Below, piece after piece: positions 8,664-20,910 of a stretch of DNA of 64,000 nt. The notes below the pieces were generated by a model, which worked only from the letters and a program-made list of their open reading frames with translations, searched no databases and was not told the DNA's origin. Numbering within the stretch: the first letter of the stretch is position 1; the number at the start of each line of letters is the position of its first letter. Both the position numbers and the translations under genes were made by a program. Origin of the DNA: Nocardioides sp. GTDB lineage: Bacteria > Actinomycetota > Actinomycetes > Propionibacteriales > Nocardioidaceae. Where the stretch lies: positions 40,268-104,267 of the forward strand of contig NZ_DASWXC010000013.1 in assembly GCF_036405735.1 (NCBI RefSeq), given 5' to 3'.

Positions 8664-8679
8664 TGTGAACGCGTTCACG
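8664..8679. promoter_or_regulatory. CRP/GlxR-type site TGTGAACGCGTTCACG upstream of whiB1
   Basis: TGTGA-N6-TCACG lies 78 nt upstream of the whiB1 start, inside a longer dyad, GTGAACGCGTTCAC. Confidence 0.55.
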
Positions 8680-8791
8680 AGCGCACCATCCAAGCGTCTC
8701 CCGCCGTTGTCGGTTAGACAAGGCCCGCCCGTGGTGTGTTTCATCACCGCCGACTTCGGGGATTCCGCTTGACGACCTCTACCATGCCCCG

Positions 8792-9160
8792 GTGACCCGA
8801 CCGACCCCTCTCACCGTAGCCGCTGCACTGGTCGGACTCCAGGCCCTCGCCCTCGCGGTCTACGGCGTCCTCGAGATCGCGCACCTCACCAGCGGTCGCG
8901 CGACCGTCGCGGTGACCACCTCGATCTTCTTCCTCGGGTACGCCGCCGCGCTGACCGGCTGCGCCTACGGACTGCTGCGCCTGGTCTCCTGGACGCGCAG
9001 CCCCGTCGTCCTCACCCAGCTCATCGAGCTGGGGCTGGCCTGGAGCTTCCGGGACATGCCCCAGGTCGCCGTACCGCTCGCGCTGGTCGCCTTCGCCGTG
9101 CTGGTCTGCATCTTCGCTCCGGCCAGCGTGGCCGCGCTCGAGCCCGACTCCGAGGACTGA
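8792..9160 (+). CDS. Hypothetical integral membrane protein
   Basis: 122 aa with four hydrophobic segments. TACCAT at 8780-8785 is 6 nt before GTG 8792. Confidence 0.5.
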   Translation: MTRPTPLTVAAALVGLQALALAVYGVLEIAHLTSGRATVAVTTSIFFLGYAAALTGCAYGLLRLVSWTRSPVVLTQLIELGLAWSFRDMPQVAVPLALVAFAVLVCIFAPASVAALEPDSED

Positions 9161-9181
9161 CCCGGCGGTTCTGGACCCGGA

Positions 9182-9970
9182 TCAGTCCGTCAGGCCCTCG
9201 CGCAGCTGCGCGAGGGTCCGGTTGAGCAGCCGCGAGACGTGCATCTGGGACACCCCGATCTCGGCGGCGATCTGGGACTGCGTCATGTTGCGGAAGAACC
9301 GCAGCAGCAGGATCCGCTTCTCGCGCGGCTCGAGCGCCTCGAGCAGCGGCTTGATCGACTCGCGGATGTCGACGCTGGCCAGGCTCTCGTCCTCCACGCC
9401 GATGCCGTCGAGGATCGTGGCGGCGCCGTCCTCGGCCTCCTCGCCGGCGTCCAGGGAGAGCGTGGCGTAGGCGTTGCCGGACTCCAGCCCCTCGACGACG
9501 TCCTCCACGGTGCAACCGATCTCCTCGGCGAGCTCGCGCACGGTGGGGGAGCGACCCAGTCGCTGGGTGAGCTCGGCGCTGGTGCTGGTGATCCGCAGCC
9601 GGAGCTCCTGCAGCCGCCGGGGCACCCGGATCGCCCACCCCTTGTCCCGGAAGTGACGCTTGATCTCGCCGATGATCGTGGGCGTCGCGTACGTGGAGAA
9701 CTCCACCCCGCGCTCGGCGTCGAACCGGTCCACCGCCTTGAGCAGCCCGATCGTCCCGACCTGGACCAGGTCCTCCAACGGCTCGCCCCGGTTGCGGAAG
9801 CGGCGGGCGCAGTGCTCGACCAGCGGCAGGTGGAGGCGCACCAGGTCGTCACGGGCGCGAAGGCGCTCCTCGTCGTCCGCGCCGGGATCGGTCAGCCGGA
9901 CGAAGAGGGCGGCACTGCGGTGCCGGACGTCCTCCATCATGGGGTCGTCCCGAGTCGACTCGTCGCTCAT
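9182..9970 (-). CDS. SigB/SigF/SigG-family (group 3) RNA polymerase sigma factor
   Basis: LVQVGTIGLLKAVDRFDAERGVEFSTYATPTIIGEIKRHFRDKGWAIRVPRRLQEL and a C-terminal MTQSQIAAEIGVSQMHVSRL. Start at MSDEST (ATG 9970), 1 nt from the stop of the upstream anti-sigma gene. Confidence 0.85.
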   Translation of the reverse strand: MSDESTRDDPMMEDVRHRSAALFVRLTDPGADDEERLRARDDLVRLHLPLVEHCARRFRNRGEPLEDLVQVGTIGLLKAVDRFDAERGVEFSTYATPTIIGEIKRHFRDKGWAIRVPRRLQELRLRITSTSAELTQRLGRSPTVRELAEEIGCTVEDVVEGLESGNAYATLSLDAGEEAEDGAATILDGIGVEDESLASVDIRESIKPLLEALEPREKRILLLRFFRNMTQSQIAAEIGVSQMHVSRLLNRTLAQLREGLTD

Positions 9971-9971
9971 G

Positions 9972-10406
9972 TCAGCTGGCCGGCCCCGGCTGCGCCCCGG
10001 GCAGCGGCTCCAGCGGCGTGGCGGCCGCGACGAGGGTGATCTCCAGGCGGCCGTCGGTGGTGGCGACGCGGGCATCGGTCGCCAGCGTCGTCAGCACCAT
10101 CCAGGCGAAGCCCTCCGGGTCCGGCGCGGTCGGCTCGTCGGCGTCCGCGGCCACCACGACGGCCAGCTCACCGGTGCCGAGCCAGAACCGGGCCGTGAGG
10201 TCCGCGTCCGGCCGGGCGCCCTCGAGCACCAGGGCGGACGCCTCGCCCACCGCCATCCGCAGGTCCTCGATGTCGTCGAGGGTGAAGTCGAGCCGGGCCG
10301 CGACGCCGGCGGTGGCGGTGCGCAGGACCGAGACGTAGGCACCGTCGGCGGGGACGCGAAGCTCGACGTCGGGACGGCGGCTGGAGACTCCGGGCATGTC
10401 CGGCAT
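9972..10406 (-). CDS. Anti-sigma factor (RsbW/UsfX-like HATPase-fold protein)
   Basis: 144 aa, immediately upstream of and coupled to the sigma gene. Its size and position match RsbW-like anti-sigma factors. GAGGAAGG Shine-Dalgarno lies before ATG 10406. Confidence 0.55.
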   Translation of the reverse strand: MPDMPGVSSRRPDVELRVPADGAYVSVLRTATAGVAARLDFTLDDIEDLRMAVGEASALVLEGARPDADLTARFWLGTGELAVVVAADADEPTAPDPEGFAWMVLTTLATDARVATTDGRLEITLVAAATPLEPLPGAQPGPAS

Positions 10407-10472
10407 CCTTCCTCATCCCGGCGGCGCTCACACCTGCGGGTGGCGATCCGGAACGGGCCGGTGATGGCCGGC

Positions 10473-10512
10473 AAAAGCGCGCCGCCCCGGTCCGAGCGGA
10501 CCGGGGCGGCGC
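10473..10512 (-). terminator. Intrinsic terminator of sodN
   Basis: Perfect 15-bp stem GCGCCGCCCCGGTCC / GGACCGGGGCGGCGC at 10479-10512, followed on the minus strand by GCTTTTGCC. Confidence 0.8.
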
Positions 10513-10531
10513 GACGGGGTGCCAGGTCGGC

Positions 10532-10933
10532 TCAGGCCTTCTTGGTCTCCCAGAAGATCTCCGCGATCTCGTCGATCTTGGCGAGCAGCTGGTCCGCGAC
10601 GGCGCCGTCGAGCGTGCCCTTGGTGCCGGAGGCGCCCGCGAGCTTGGTGGCGTCGTTGAAGAGCGTGTGCAGCTGCGGGTACTTCTCGAAGTGGGGGGCC
10701 TTGAAGTAGTCGGTCCACAGCACCCACAGGTGGTGCTTCACCAGCTGGGAGCGCTCCTCCTTGATGATCACCGCGCGAGTGCGGAAGTCAGGGTCGGAGC
10801 TGTCGTTGGCCTTGGCGATGATCGCCTTGATGGACTCGGCCTCGATGCGGGCCTGGGCGGGGTCGTAGACACCGCACGGAAGGTCGCAGTGGGCGGAGAC
10901 CTCGAGGCTGGGGGCGAACAGTCGGGCGAACAT
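10532..10933 (-). CDS. sodN: Nickel superoxide dismutase precursor
   Basis: MFARLFAPSLEVSA leader followed by HCDLPCGVYDP, the nickel-hook motif that begins the mature enzyme. Confidence 0.95.
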   Translation of the reverse strand: MFARLFAPSLEVSAHCDLPCGVYDPAQARIEAESIKAIIAKANDSSDPDFRTRAVIIKEERSQLVKHHLWVLWTDYFKAPHFEKYPQLHTLFNDATKLAGASGTKGTLDGAVADQLLAKIDEIAEIFWETKKA

Positions 10934-10990
10934 GCGGTTCCTCTCGTGCTCTGGGAAGGCTCGGATGGTGCTGCTGCGACACTACTCCGC

Positions 10991-11377
10991 GTGTCGGACG
11001 CTCCACGAGGCAGGCCAGGGGTCGCGCAGCCGCGCCCGCGGTGGGGGCTGGCGAGGGTGCGGGGCGCGTCCATGGAGCCCACCCTGAGCGCCGGCGACCG
11101 GCTGCTGCTCTCCTACCGGCGTACGCCGGCCGCGGGCTCGCTCGTCGTGGCGAGGTTCCCCGACGGCGTGGTCGTGGTGAAGCGGGCCGACGCTCCGCGC
11201 GAGACGGCGTCCGGCGCCGCGGGCTGGTGGCTGCTGAGCGACAACCCCGACGCCGCCGGCGCCGTCGACTCGCGCGCCCGGGGCGCCATCGCGGCCGGGG
11301 ACGTGCTCGCCGTGGTCGTGGCGCGGCTCTGGCCGCGGCCGCGTCGGTTCGCGCGAGGACCGCACCGGCCTCTGTGA
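10991..11377 (+). CDS. sodX: NiSOD maturation protease SodX (S26 signal-peptidase family)
   Basis: GASMEPTLSAGDRLL (the SM.PTL catalytic Ser motif) and VVVKRA, divergent from sodN. Start GTG 10991 chosen inside the longer tracked ORF; it is uncertain. Confidence 0.75.
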   Translation: MSDAPRGRPGVAQPRPRWGLARVRGASMEPTLSAGDRLLLSYRRTPAAGSLVVARFPDGVVVVKRADAPRETASGAAGWWLLSDNPDAAGAVDSRARGAIAAGDVLAVVVARLWPRPRRFARGPHRPL

Positions 11378-11534
11378 GCCATCGCATATGTCCGGCCCGC
11401 GACGCCTGCGCGGAGGCCGTGACAGACTGCTGGTGAGGGCCAACATCCCTGTCGAGGTTCCGCGACCGATCACCCTTCGCCTTTCGCGTCGAGCCGCCTG
11501 TTCCCCAGCGATGCACCGAAGGTCCGTGATCAGC

Positions 11535-12725
11535 ATGATCCCCACGCACACCGAGCACCCCCTGCCGTACGCCGGCGACCCCGTCTTCGACCTCCACCTC
11601 GGGGGCAAGCTCGAGGTGGCCCTCACCGCACCGCTCGTCGACAAGGACGACCTCTCCAAGGCGTACACGCCCGGCGTCGCCCGGGTCTGCACCGCCATCG
11701 CGGAGGACCCCTCGCTCACCCAGCACTACACCTGGGTGCCCAACACCGTCGCGGTCGTGACCGACGGGACCGCCGTCCTGGGTCTGGGAGACATCGGCCC
11801 GTCGGCCGCGATGCCGGTGATGGAGGGCAAGGCGGTGCTCTTCAAGCAGTTCGGTGGCGTGGACGGCATCCCGATCTGCCTGGACACCACCGACGTCGAC
11901 GAGATCGTCGAGACGGTCGTCCGGATGGCGCCCAGCTTCGGCGGCATCAACCTCGAGGACATCTCCGCGCCGCGGTGCTTCGAGATCGAGGACCGCCTCA
12001 AGGAGCGCCTCGACATCCCCGTCTTCCACGACGACCAGCACGGCACCGCCGTCGTCACGCTGGCCGCGCTGACCAACGCGCTCAAGCTGACCGGCCGCAA
12101 CCCGGAGTCGACGCGCGTCGTCATCTCCGGGGCCGGCGCCGCCGGCGTCGCGATCGCCAAGATCCTCATCGAGGCCGGCATCAAGGATCTGGCGGTCACC
12201 GACCGCAAGGGCGTGGTCAGCTCCGACCGCAGCGACCTCACCCCGGTCAAGCGGGCGCTGGCCGAGCTCACCGCCGACCGCACCGGCCGCACCGGGACGC
12301 TGGCCGAGGCGCTGGAGGACGCCGACGTGTACATCGGCGTGTCCGGCGGCAGCGTGCCGGAGGAGGTCGTCGCGACGATGGCGCCCGAGGCCATCATCTT
12401 CGCCATGGCGAACCCGAACCCCGAGGTCCACCCCGAGGTGGCCCACCGCCACGCCCGCGTCGTCGCCACCGGTCGCTCGGACTTCCCGAACCAGATCAAC
12501 AACGTGCTGGCGTTCCCAGGCATCTTCCGCGGCGCCTTCGACGCCCGCGCGACCGCGATCACCGAGGGCATGAAGCTGGCCGCCGCCGAGGCGCTGGCCG
12601 ACCTCGTCGGCCGCGATCTCGCCGAGGACTTCATCGTCCCCTCGCCGTTCGACCCCCGGGTCGGTCCCGCCGTGGCGGCCGCCGTCGCCGAGGCCGCCCG
12701 CACCGACGGCGTCGCCCGCGCCTGA
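11535..12725 (+). CDS. NAD(P)-dependent malic enzyme (short form, no PTA domain)
   Basis: LSKAYTPGVARVC, VVTDGTAVLGLGDIGPSAAMPVMEGKAVLFKQFGGVD and ISGAGAAGVAIAKIL. ATG 11511 is an alternative start. Confidence 0.88.
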   Translation: MIPTHTEHPLPYAGDPVFDLHLGGKLEVALTAPLVDKDDLSKAYTPGVARVCTAIAEDPSLTQHYTWVPNTVAVVTDGTAVLGLGDIGPSAAMPVMEGKAVLFKQFGGVDGIPICLDTTDVDEIVETVVRMAPSFGGINLEDISAPRCFEIEDRLKERLDIPVFHDDQHGTAVVTLAALTNALKLTGRNPESTRVVISGAGAAGVAIAKILIEAGIKDLAVTDRKGVVSSDRSDLTPVKRALAELTADRTGRTGTLAEALEDADVYIGVSGGSVPEEVVATMAPEAIIFAMANPNPEVHPEVAHRHARVVATGRSDFPNQINNVLAFPGIFRGAFDARATAITEGMKLAAAEALADLVGRDLAEDFIVPSPFDPRVGPAVAAAVAEAARTDGVARA

Positions 12726-12729
12726 ACCC

Positions 12730-12861
12730 GTCGACCCCCGGGTTCCCGTGGGTCGAAACCCGGGTTCCCGTGGGTCGAGTCCCGGGTTTCCGTGGGTCGA
12801 GACCCGGGTTCCCGTGGGTCCAATCCCGGGTTCTGGAGGGCCGAGTCGGGGGTTCGGTGAC
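12730..12861. repeat. Six head-to-tail 22-bp units (GTCGANNCCCGGGTTCCCGTGG), the last two decayed
   Basis: Units start at 12730, 12752, 12774, 12796, 12818 and 12840. The first four differ only at 2-3 positions. Confidence 0.9.
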
Positions 12862-12879
12862 GGCCGCTAGGTTGTCCGC

Positions 12880-13848
12880 ATGTTCGCCGTCTACGCAGAG
12901 TCGATCAACCGAGAGGACCCGCTCAGCGGGCTCGTACTGGGCGAGCGGCCCGACCCGGTCGCCCCCGACGGGTGGACGACGGTCACGGTCAAGGCCGCCA
13001 GTCTCAACCATCACGACCTGTGGTCGCTGCGCGGTCAGGGCCTGAAGTCCGACCTGCTGCCGATGATCCTCGGCTGCGACGCCGCCGGCCTCGACGAGGA
13101 CGGCAACGAGGTCGTGGTGCACTCCGTGATCAGCTCCCCGGACTGGTCCGGTGACGAGACCACCGACCCCCGGCGCTCCCTGCTCTCCGAGAAGCACCAG
13201 GGCACCTTCGCCGACAGGGTCGTCGTGCCGCGCCGCAACGTGGTGCCGAAGCCCGCGGGACTGTCCTTCGAGGAGGCCGCGTGCCTGCCGACGGCCTGGC
13301 TGACGGCGTACCGCATGCTCTTCACCCAGGGAGGCCTCAAGGCGGGTGACAGCGTGCTCGTGCAGGGTGCCGGCGGCGGGGTCGCCACCGCCCTGATCGT
13401 GCTGGCCAGAGCGGCCGGCCTGAAGGTCTACGCGACCAGCCGTGACGAGGCCAAGCGGGCGCGCGCGCTCGAGATCGGTGCCCACGAGGTGCTCGCGTCG
13501 GGGGAGCGGCTGCCGACGAAGGTCGACGCCGTGATGGAGACCGTAGGGCGCGCCACATGGGAGCACTCGGTGCGCTCGCTGCGTCCGGGTGGTGCCATCG
13601 TGATCTCCGGAACCACGTCCGGGCCGAACCTCGACGACGCGATGCTCACCCACGTCTTCTTCCTGCAGCTGAGAATCATCGGCTCCACCATGGGCACCCG
13701 CGCGGAGCTGGCCTCGCTCGTCGCGATGATGGACGCCACCGGCGTGCGCCCGCTCATCGACCGGACCCTGCCGATGGAGAAGGCGCGCGACGGCTTCGCC
13801 GCCCTGCAGCAGGGCGACGTGTTCGGCAAGATCGTCTTCACGCGCTGA
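12880..13848 (+). CDS. Zinc-type alcohol dehydrogenase / quinone oxidoreductase family (MDR) protein
   Basis: 322 aa with ASLNHHDLW, LGCDAAG and VLVQGAGGGVATALIVLA (Rossmann). TAGGTT at 12868-12873 is 6 nt before ATG 12880. Confidence 0.8.
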   Translation: MFAVYAESINREDPLSGLVLGERPDPVAPDGWTTVTVKAASLNHHDLWSLRGQGLKSDLLPMILGCDAAGLDEDGNEVVVHSVISSPDWSGDETTDPRRSLLSEKHQGTFADRVVVPRRNVVPKPAGLSFEEAACLPTAWLTAYRMLFTQGGLKAGDSVLVQGAGGGVATALIVLARAAGLKVYATSRDEAKRARALEIGAHEVLASGERLPTKVDAVMETVGRATWEHSVRSLRPGGAIVISGTTSGPNLDDAMLTHVFFLQLRIIGSTMGTRAELASLVAMMDATGVRPLIDRTLPMEKARDGFAALQQGDVFGKIVFTR

Positions 13849-14540
13849 TGGCCACCCACCTGGTCACCGGCGCGGGCTCCGGCATCGGCGCCGCGGTCGC
13901 CGACCGGCTGCACGCCCGCGGCGACCGCCTGCTCCTCGTCGCCCGCAACGAGGAGAGGGCCGCACAGCTCGGCAGCCGCTACCCCGGCGCGACGACGCTG
14001 GTCGCCGACCTGGCCGACGCCGCCGCGGTCACCGCTCTGGAGCTGCCCGACCGGCTCGACTCGGTGCTGCACGTCGCCGGGGTGGTCGACCTCGCGCCCG
14101 TGTCGGACCTCGAGCCCGCCCAGCTGCGTGAGCAGCTCGACGTCAACCTGGTCGCGCCGCTCCTGCTCACCCGCCAAGCCCTTCCGGCCGTACGCGGGGC
14201 GCGGGGACTGGTCCTGTTCGTGAACTCCTCGGCCGGCCTGGTGGCGAGCGCCGGCTGGTCGGCGTACGCCGCCTCGAAGTTCGGTCTGCGTGCGGCCGCC
14301 GACGCTCTGCGGGCCGAGGAGCTGCCGCACGGCGTGCGGGTCAGCACCGTCTTCCCGAGCCGGACGGCGACGCCGATGCAGCAGAAGGTCCACGAGCAGG
14401 AGGGCGGGGTCTACGACGCCTCGCGCTGGATCCGCCCCGAGACGGTGGCCGACACGATCCTGCACGTGCTGGACCTGCCGGCCGACGCGACCATCCCCGA
14501 GGTCACCGTCCGCCCGCTCGTCCAGCGTCCGGGCACCTGA
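13848..14540 (+). CDS. Short-chain dehydrogenase/reductase (SDR)
   Basis: VTGAGSGIGAAV (TGxxxGxG), NSSAG and YAASK (YxxxK). The ATG overlaps the upstream TGA. Confidence 0.85.
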   Translation: MATHLVTGAGSGIGAAVADRLHARGDRLLLVARNEERAAQLGSRYPGATTLVADLADAAAVTALELPDRLDSVLHVAGVVDLAPVSDLEPAQLREQLDVNLVAPLLLTRQALPAVRGARGLVLFVNSSAGLVASAGWSAYAASKFGLRAAADALRAEELPHGVRVSTVFPSRTATPMQQKVHEQEGGVYDASRWIRPETVADTILHVLDLPADATIPEVTVRPLVQRPGT

Positions 14541-14568
14541 GGACGCTCGGAGGGTGCCGGGCCGAGGC

Positions 14569-14745
14569 TCAGTCCTCCGGGTCGTCGAGTCGTGCCAGCC
14601 ACGTGGCGAGCCGCTCGACGGCGGTCTCGAACTCGGGATGAGTGTCGACGAACGCCTGCAGCTGCTCGGCGAGCCACGCGAGCGTGACCTCCTCGTCTCC
14701 CCGGCGCTTGTCCAGCTCCTCGATGCCGCGGTCGGTGAAGTACAT
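14569..14745 (-). CDS. Small conserved actinobacterial protein (DUF6104-like)
   Basis: MYFTDRGIEELDKRRGDEEVTLAWLAEQLQAFVD...ATWLARLDDPED, 58 aa. Start chosen inside a 252-aa shadow ORF. GAGAAT lies 6 nt upstream. Confidence 0.5.
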   Translation of the reverse strand: MYFTDRGIEELDKRRGDEEVTLAWLAEQLQAFVDTHPEFETAVERLATWLARLDDPED

Positions 14746-14792
14746 GGGCTCATTCTCCCAGGCGGCACCGCGCTCCGACGACGACGTCCGGG

Positions 14793-15311
14793 CTACGCCG
14801 AGCGGGCCAGGACGAAGATCCGCACGCGCCGGCCGGTGATCCGCCGCAGGTAGGCGCGGTAGCCGGGATAGATGCGGTCCGATGCGCGCAGCACCTCGTC
14901 GTACTCCTGCTGCGAAGCCGGCCGCGCCAGCACCGTGACGCTGCGCGATTGGTAGGAGACCGTCGCCTTCGGGTCGGCCTCGAGGTTCAAGACCCACGCG
15001 GGCGTGGCCGGCTGGCCGAAGTTCGTGCCGAGCAGCGCCAGGTCGGCGCCGCAGGGCAGCGCGATCAGGTGGGAGGTACGGACCTGCCCCGAGCGTCGCC
15101 CCGTGGTGGCCAGCTCGAGCACCGGCAGCCCGGCCAGGATCTCCGGCGCACTGGTGCGGCCGCGGCTGAGTCGTTTGACCACGTCGTCGAGGTGCCGCAG
15201 CACCCGCGAGAACACCCATCCACCCGCCCGGGTGGCGGCGACCCGCTGCACCAGCCGGCGCAGTGGGCCGGGGTTCGGGAAGCGGTAGTCGAGGTCGGCG
15301 GCGAGTCCCAT
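14793..15311 (-). CDS. Nitroreductase-family deazaflavin (F420)-dependent oxidoreductase (Ddn-like)
   Basis: LELATTGRRSGQVRTSHLIALPCGADLALLGTNFGQPATPAWVLNLEADP resembles the Ddn / split-barrel family. Start at MGLAAD. Confidence 0.6.
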   Translation of the reverse strand: MGLAADLDYRFPNPGPLRRLVQRVAATRAGGWVFSRVLRHLDDVVKRLSRGRTSAPEILAGLPVLELATTGRRSGQVRTSHLIALPCGADLALLGTNFGQPATPAWVLNLEADPKATVSYQSRSVTVLARPASQQEYDEVLRASDRIYPGYRAYLRRITGRRVRIFVLARSA

Positions 15312-15332
15312 GGGCGTAGTCCACCACGAAGC

Positions 15333-15368
15333 GCAGCGGCCCCCGGGGTGTTCCCCGGGGGCCGCTGC
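15333..15368 (-). terminator. Stem-loop downstream of kgd
   Basis: GCAGCGGCCCCCGGGG-TGTT-CCCCGGGGGCCGCTGC, a perfect 16-bp stem. Confidence 0.7.
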
Positions 15369-15385
15369 GGTGTCTTTCCCGCTGC

Positions 15386-19102
<3,717 letters not shown>

Positions 19103-19257
19103 GGCTTGATTCGCCTCTTCCGGATGAGCGCGCGACGGGGGATGGGGCCGGAACGTTTTCCGGTCCTCAAGGCTAGACCCACGCCCTAGCAAATGCAGGA
19201 GATGGGTGCCCCTTTCAGGCAAGGTGTCGTGCACCCCACACGATTGGATCGTTAGCA

Positions 19258-19920
19258 ATGAGATTTTCCCGCGTTGCGCCGGCTCCGGCGCACCCCTGCG
19301 GCCGGGTGGCGCGACCACTCCGGTCGCTGTCAGCAACGCTGGCCGCGACCCTGGTCGCCGGCGCGCTGCTGAGCGCCTGCACGGGCGGTACGACGGACGA
19401 GGATGCCGCCCCGTCGGGGACGGCCGGACCCGAGGGACCGCTGGCCACCGAGACCACGATCGCCGCCCTGACCGGCCGGCTCGACCAGGCCGGCCAGGAC
19501 GCGGTCGCCGAGGCCGTCACCGCGGTGGTCGACGGCTGGATCGACGCCGCGTACCTGGGTGAGTTCCCCCGCGCCGACTTCGCTCCCGCGTTCGCCGGCT
19601 TCACGCCCGGCGCCGCGGCGAAGGCCCAGCGCCTCCCGGGCATGACGAGCGCCCCCATCGCCGACCGGATCGAGGCTGCGGAGGCCACCGCCCGGGAGGT
19701 CGGGCTGGACGTGCTCGCCGTGCGCGGCCAGCCCGCCGGCGTCACCGCGGTCGTCAACCTCACCTTCGAGACCACCGGGACCCTCACCGGCCCGCAGCAG
19801 GTCACCGGACGCCTCGACCTGACCCCCGCCGAGGGCACCTGGAAGATCTTCGGCTTCGACATCACCAGCACGACCGGCACCGCCCCGGCGGCGCCCCCGA
19901 CCGGCGAGGAGGCCCAGTGA
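19258..19920 (+). CDS. Putative lipoprotein
   Basis: Signal peptide ending in the lipobox LLSAC. The stop overlaps the start of the LCP gene. Confidence 0.55.
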   Translation: MRFSRVAPAPAHPCGRVARPLRSLSATLAATLVAGALLSACTGGTTDEDAAPSGTAGPEGPLATETTIAALTGRLDQAGQDAVAEAVTAVVDGWIDAAYLGEFPRADFAPAFAGFTPGAAAKAQRLPGMTSAPIADRIEAAEATAREVGLDVLAVRGQPAGVTAVVNLTFETTGTLTGPQQVTGRLDLTPAEGTWKIFGFDITSTTGTAPAAPPTGEEAQ

Positions 19921-20858
19921 TGGCCCGCATGATCCCTGCTCGGCTCGCTCGGGGGCTCGGCCGACGGGTCGCGGTCACGACGGCCCTGGCCGCCGTCCTC
20001 GGTCTGACGGCGGTCGCGCTGCCCGACGCCACCCACCGCACGCCGGACAGCGTCCTGGTCGCCACCGAGCACGCCGCGACGGTCGACATCGGCAAGGACA
20101 TGCTGTGGGTCCTCGCGGTCGGCTCCGACGCGCGCCCGGGGGAGGACATGCTGCGCAGTCGCGGCGACGCCCTCCAGCTGGTCGGCATCGACACCCGCAC
20201 CGGCGCCGCCACGGTGCTCGGCGTGCCGCGTGACTCCTGGGTCCCGATCCCGGGCCACGGCTCGAACCGCATCAACGCGGCGCTCTACTTCGGTGGGCCG
20301 AAGCTGCTCGGCGAGACCGTCGGCAACCTGTTCGGCGTCGAGCCGGACTACGTCTTCGTCACGCGGTTCAAGAAGTTCGAGCAGCTGGTCAGCGACATCG
20401 GCGGCATCTGGATCGACAACCCGTTCTACTTCGAGGACCAGTACCTCAAGGAGCGAGGCTTCCAGAAGGGGCGCATCAAGCTCACCGGCTACGAGGCCCA
20501 CGCCTACGCGCGGATCCGCAAGGCCTTGCTGCGCGGCGACTTCGACCGCTCGGCCAACCAGCAGAAGGTCATCAGGGGCATCCAGCGCAAGGTCCGCAAC
20601 AGCGCCGGCAAGCCCGGCTTCATCGCCAAGGGCGTGCTGAGCGTGACCCGCAACCTCGCCACGGACCTCGCCCCGACCGAGCTCTACCGGCTGGGCCACC
20701 TGCTCGCGTCCATCGACCCGGGCAAGGTGAGCGCCTGCGTGCTGCAGGGCAGCATCGGCAACGTCGGCGGTGCCAGCGTGGTGCTTCCCTTCACCGAGCA
20801 GGCGAAGCGGATGGGCGCCGACGCCAAGGACGACGCCGTCACGAGGTGCGTGGGCTGA
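19917..20858 (+). CDS. LytR-CpsA-Psr (LCP) family cell-wall glycopolymer ligase
   Basis: WVLAVGSDARPG, RGDALQLVGID, GVPRDSWVPIPGHGSNRINAA and DYVFVTRFKKFEQLVSDIGGI. Confidence 0.8.
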   Translation: MMARMIPARLARGLGRRVAVTTALAAVLGLTAVALPDATHRTPDSVLVATEHAATVDIGKDMLWVLAVGSDARPGEDMLRSRGDALQLVGIDTRTGAATVLGVPRDSWVPIPGHGSNRINAALYFGGPKLLGETVGNLFGVEPDYVFVTRFKKFEQLVSDIGGIWIDNPFYFEDQYLKERGFQKGRIKLTGYEAHAYARIRKALLRGDFDRSANQQKVIRGIQRKVRNSAGKPGFIAKGVLSVTRNLATDLAPTELYRLGHLLASIDPGKVSACVLQGSIGNVGGASVVLPFTEQAKRMGADAKDDAVTRCVG

Positions 20859-20873
20859 TCGCAGCTCTGGCGT

Positions 20874-20910
20874 GGTCCGGCGGTCCGACGCAAGGTCGGG
20901 CCGCCGGACC
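20874..20910. terminator. Bidirectional stem-loop between convergent genes
   Basis: GGTCCGGCGGTCCGAC-GCAA-GGTCGGGCCGCCGGACC, a 16-bp stem with one wobble. Confidence 0.65.

Noticed and set aside
10407-10472. A SigF-type (GGTTT-N17-GGGTAT) autoregulatory promoter upstream of the anti-sigma/sigma operon.
   Set aside because: The only GTT...GGGAT combination on the minus strand has a spacer of about 30 nt. No convincing match was found.
12730-12861. The 22-bp repeat array as a CRISPR locus.
   Set aside because: The units are directly abutting with no spacers and there are only six of them. No cas genes or leader are present. It is therefore a tandem repeat, not CRISPR.
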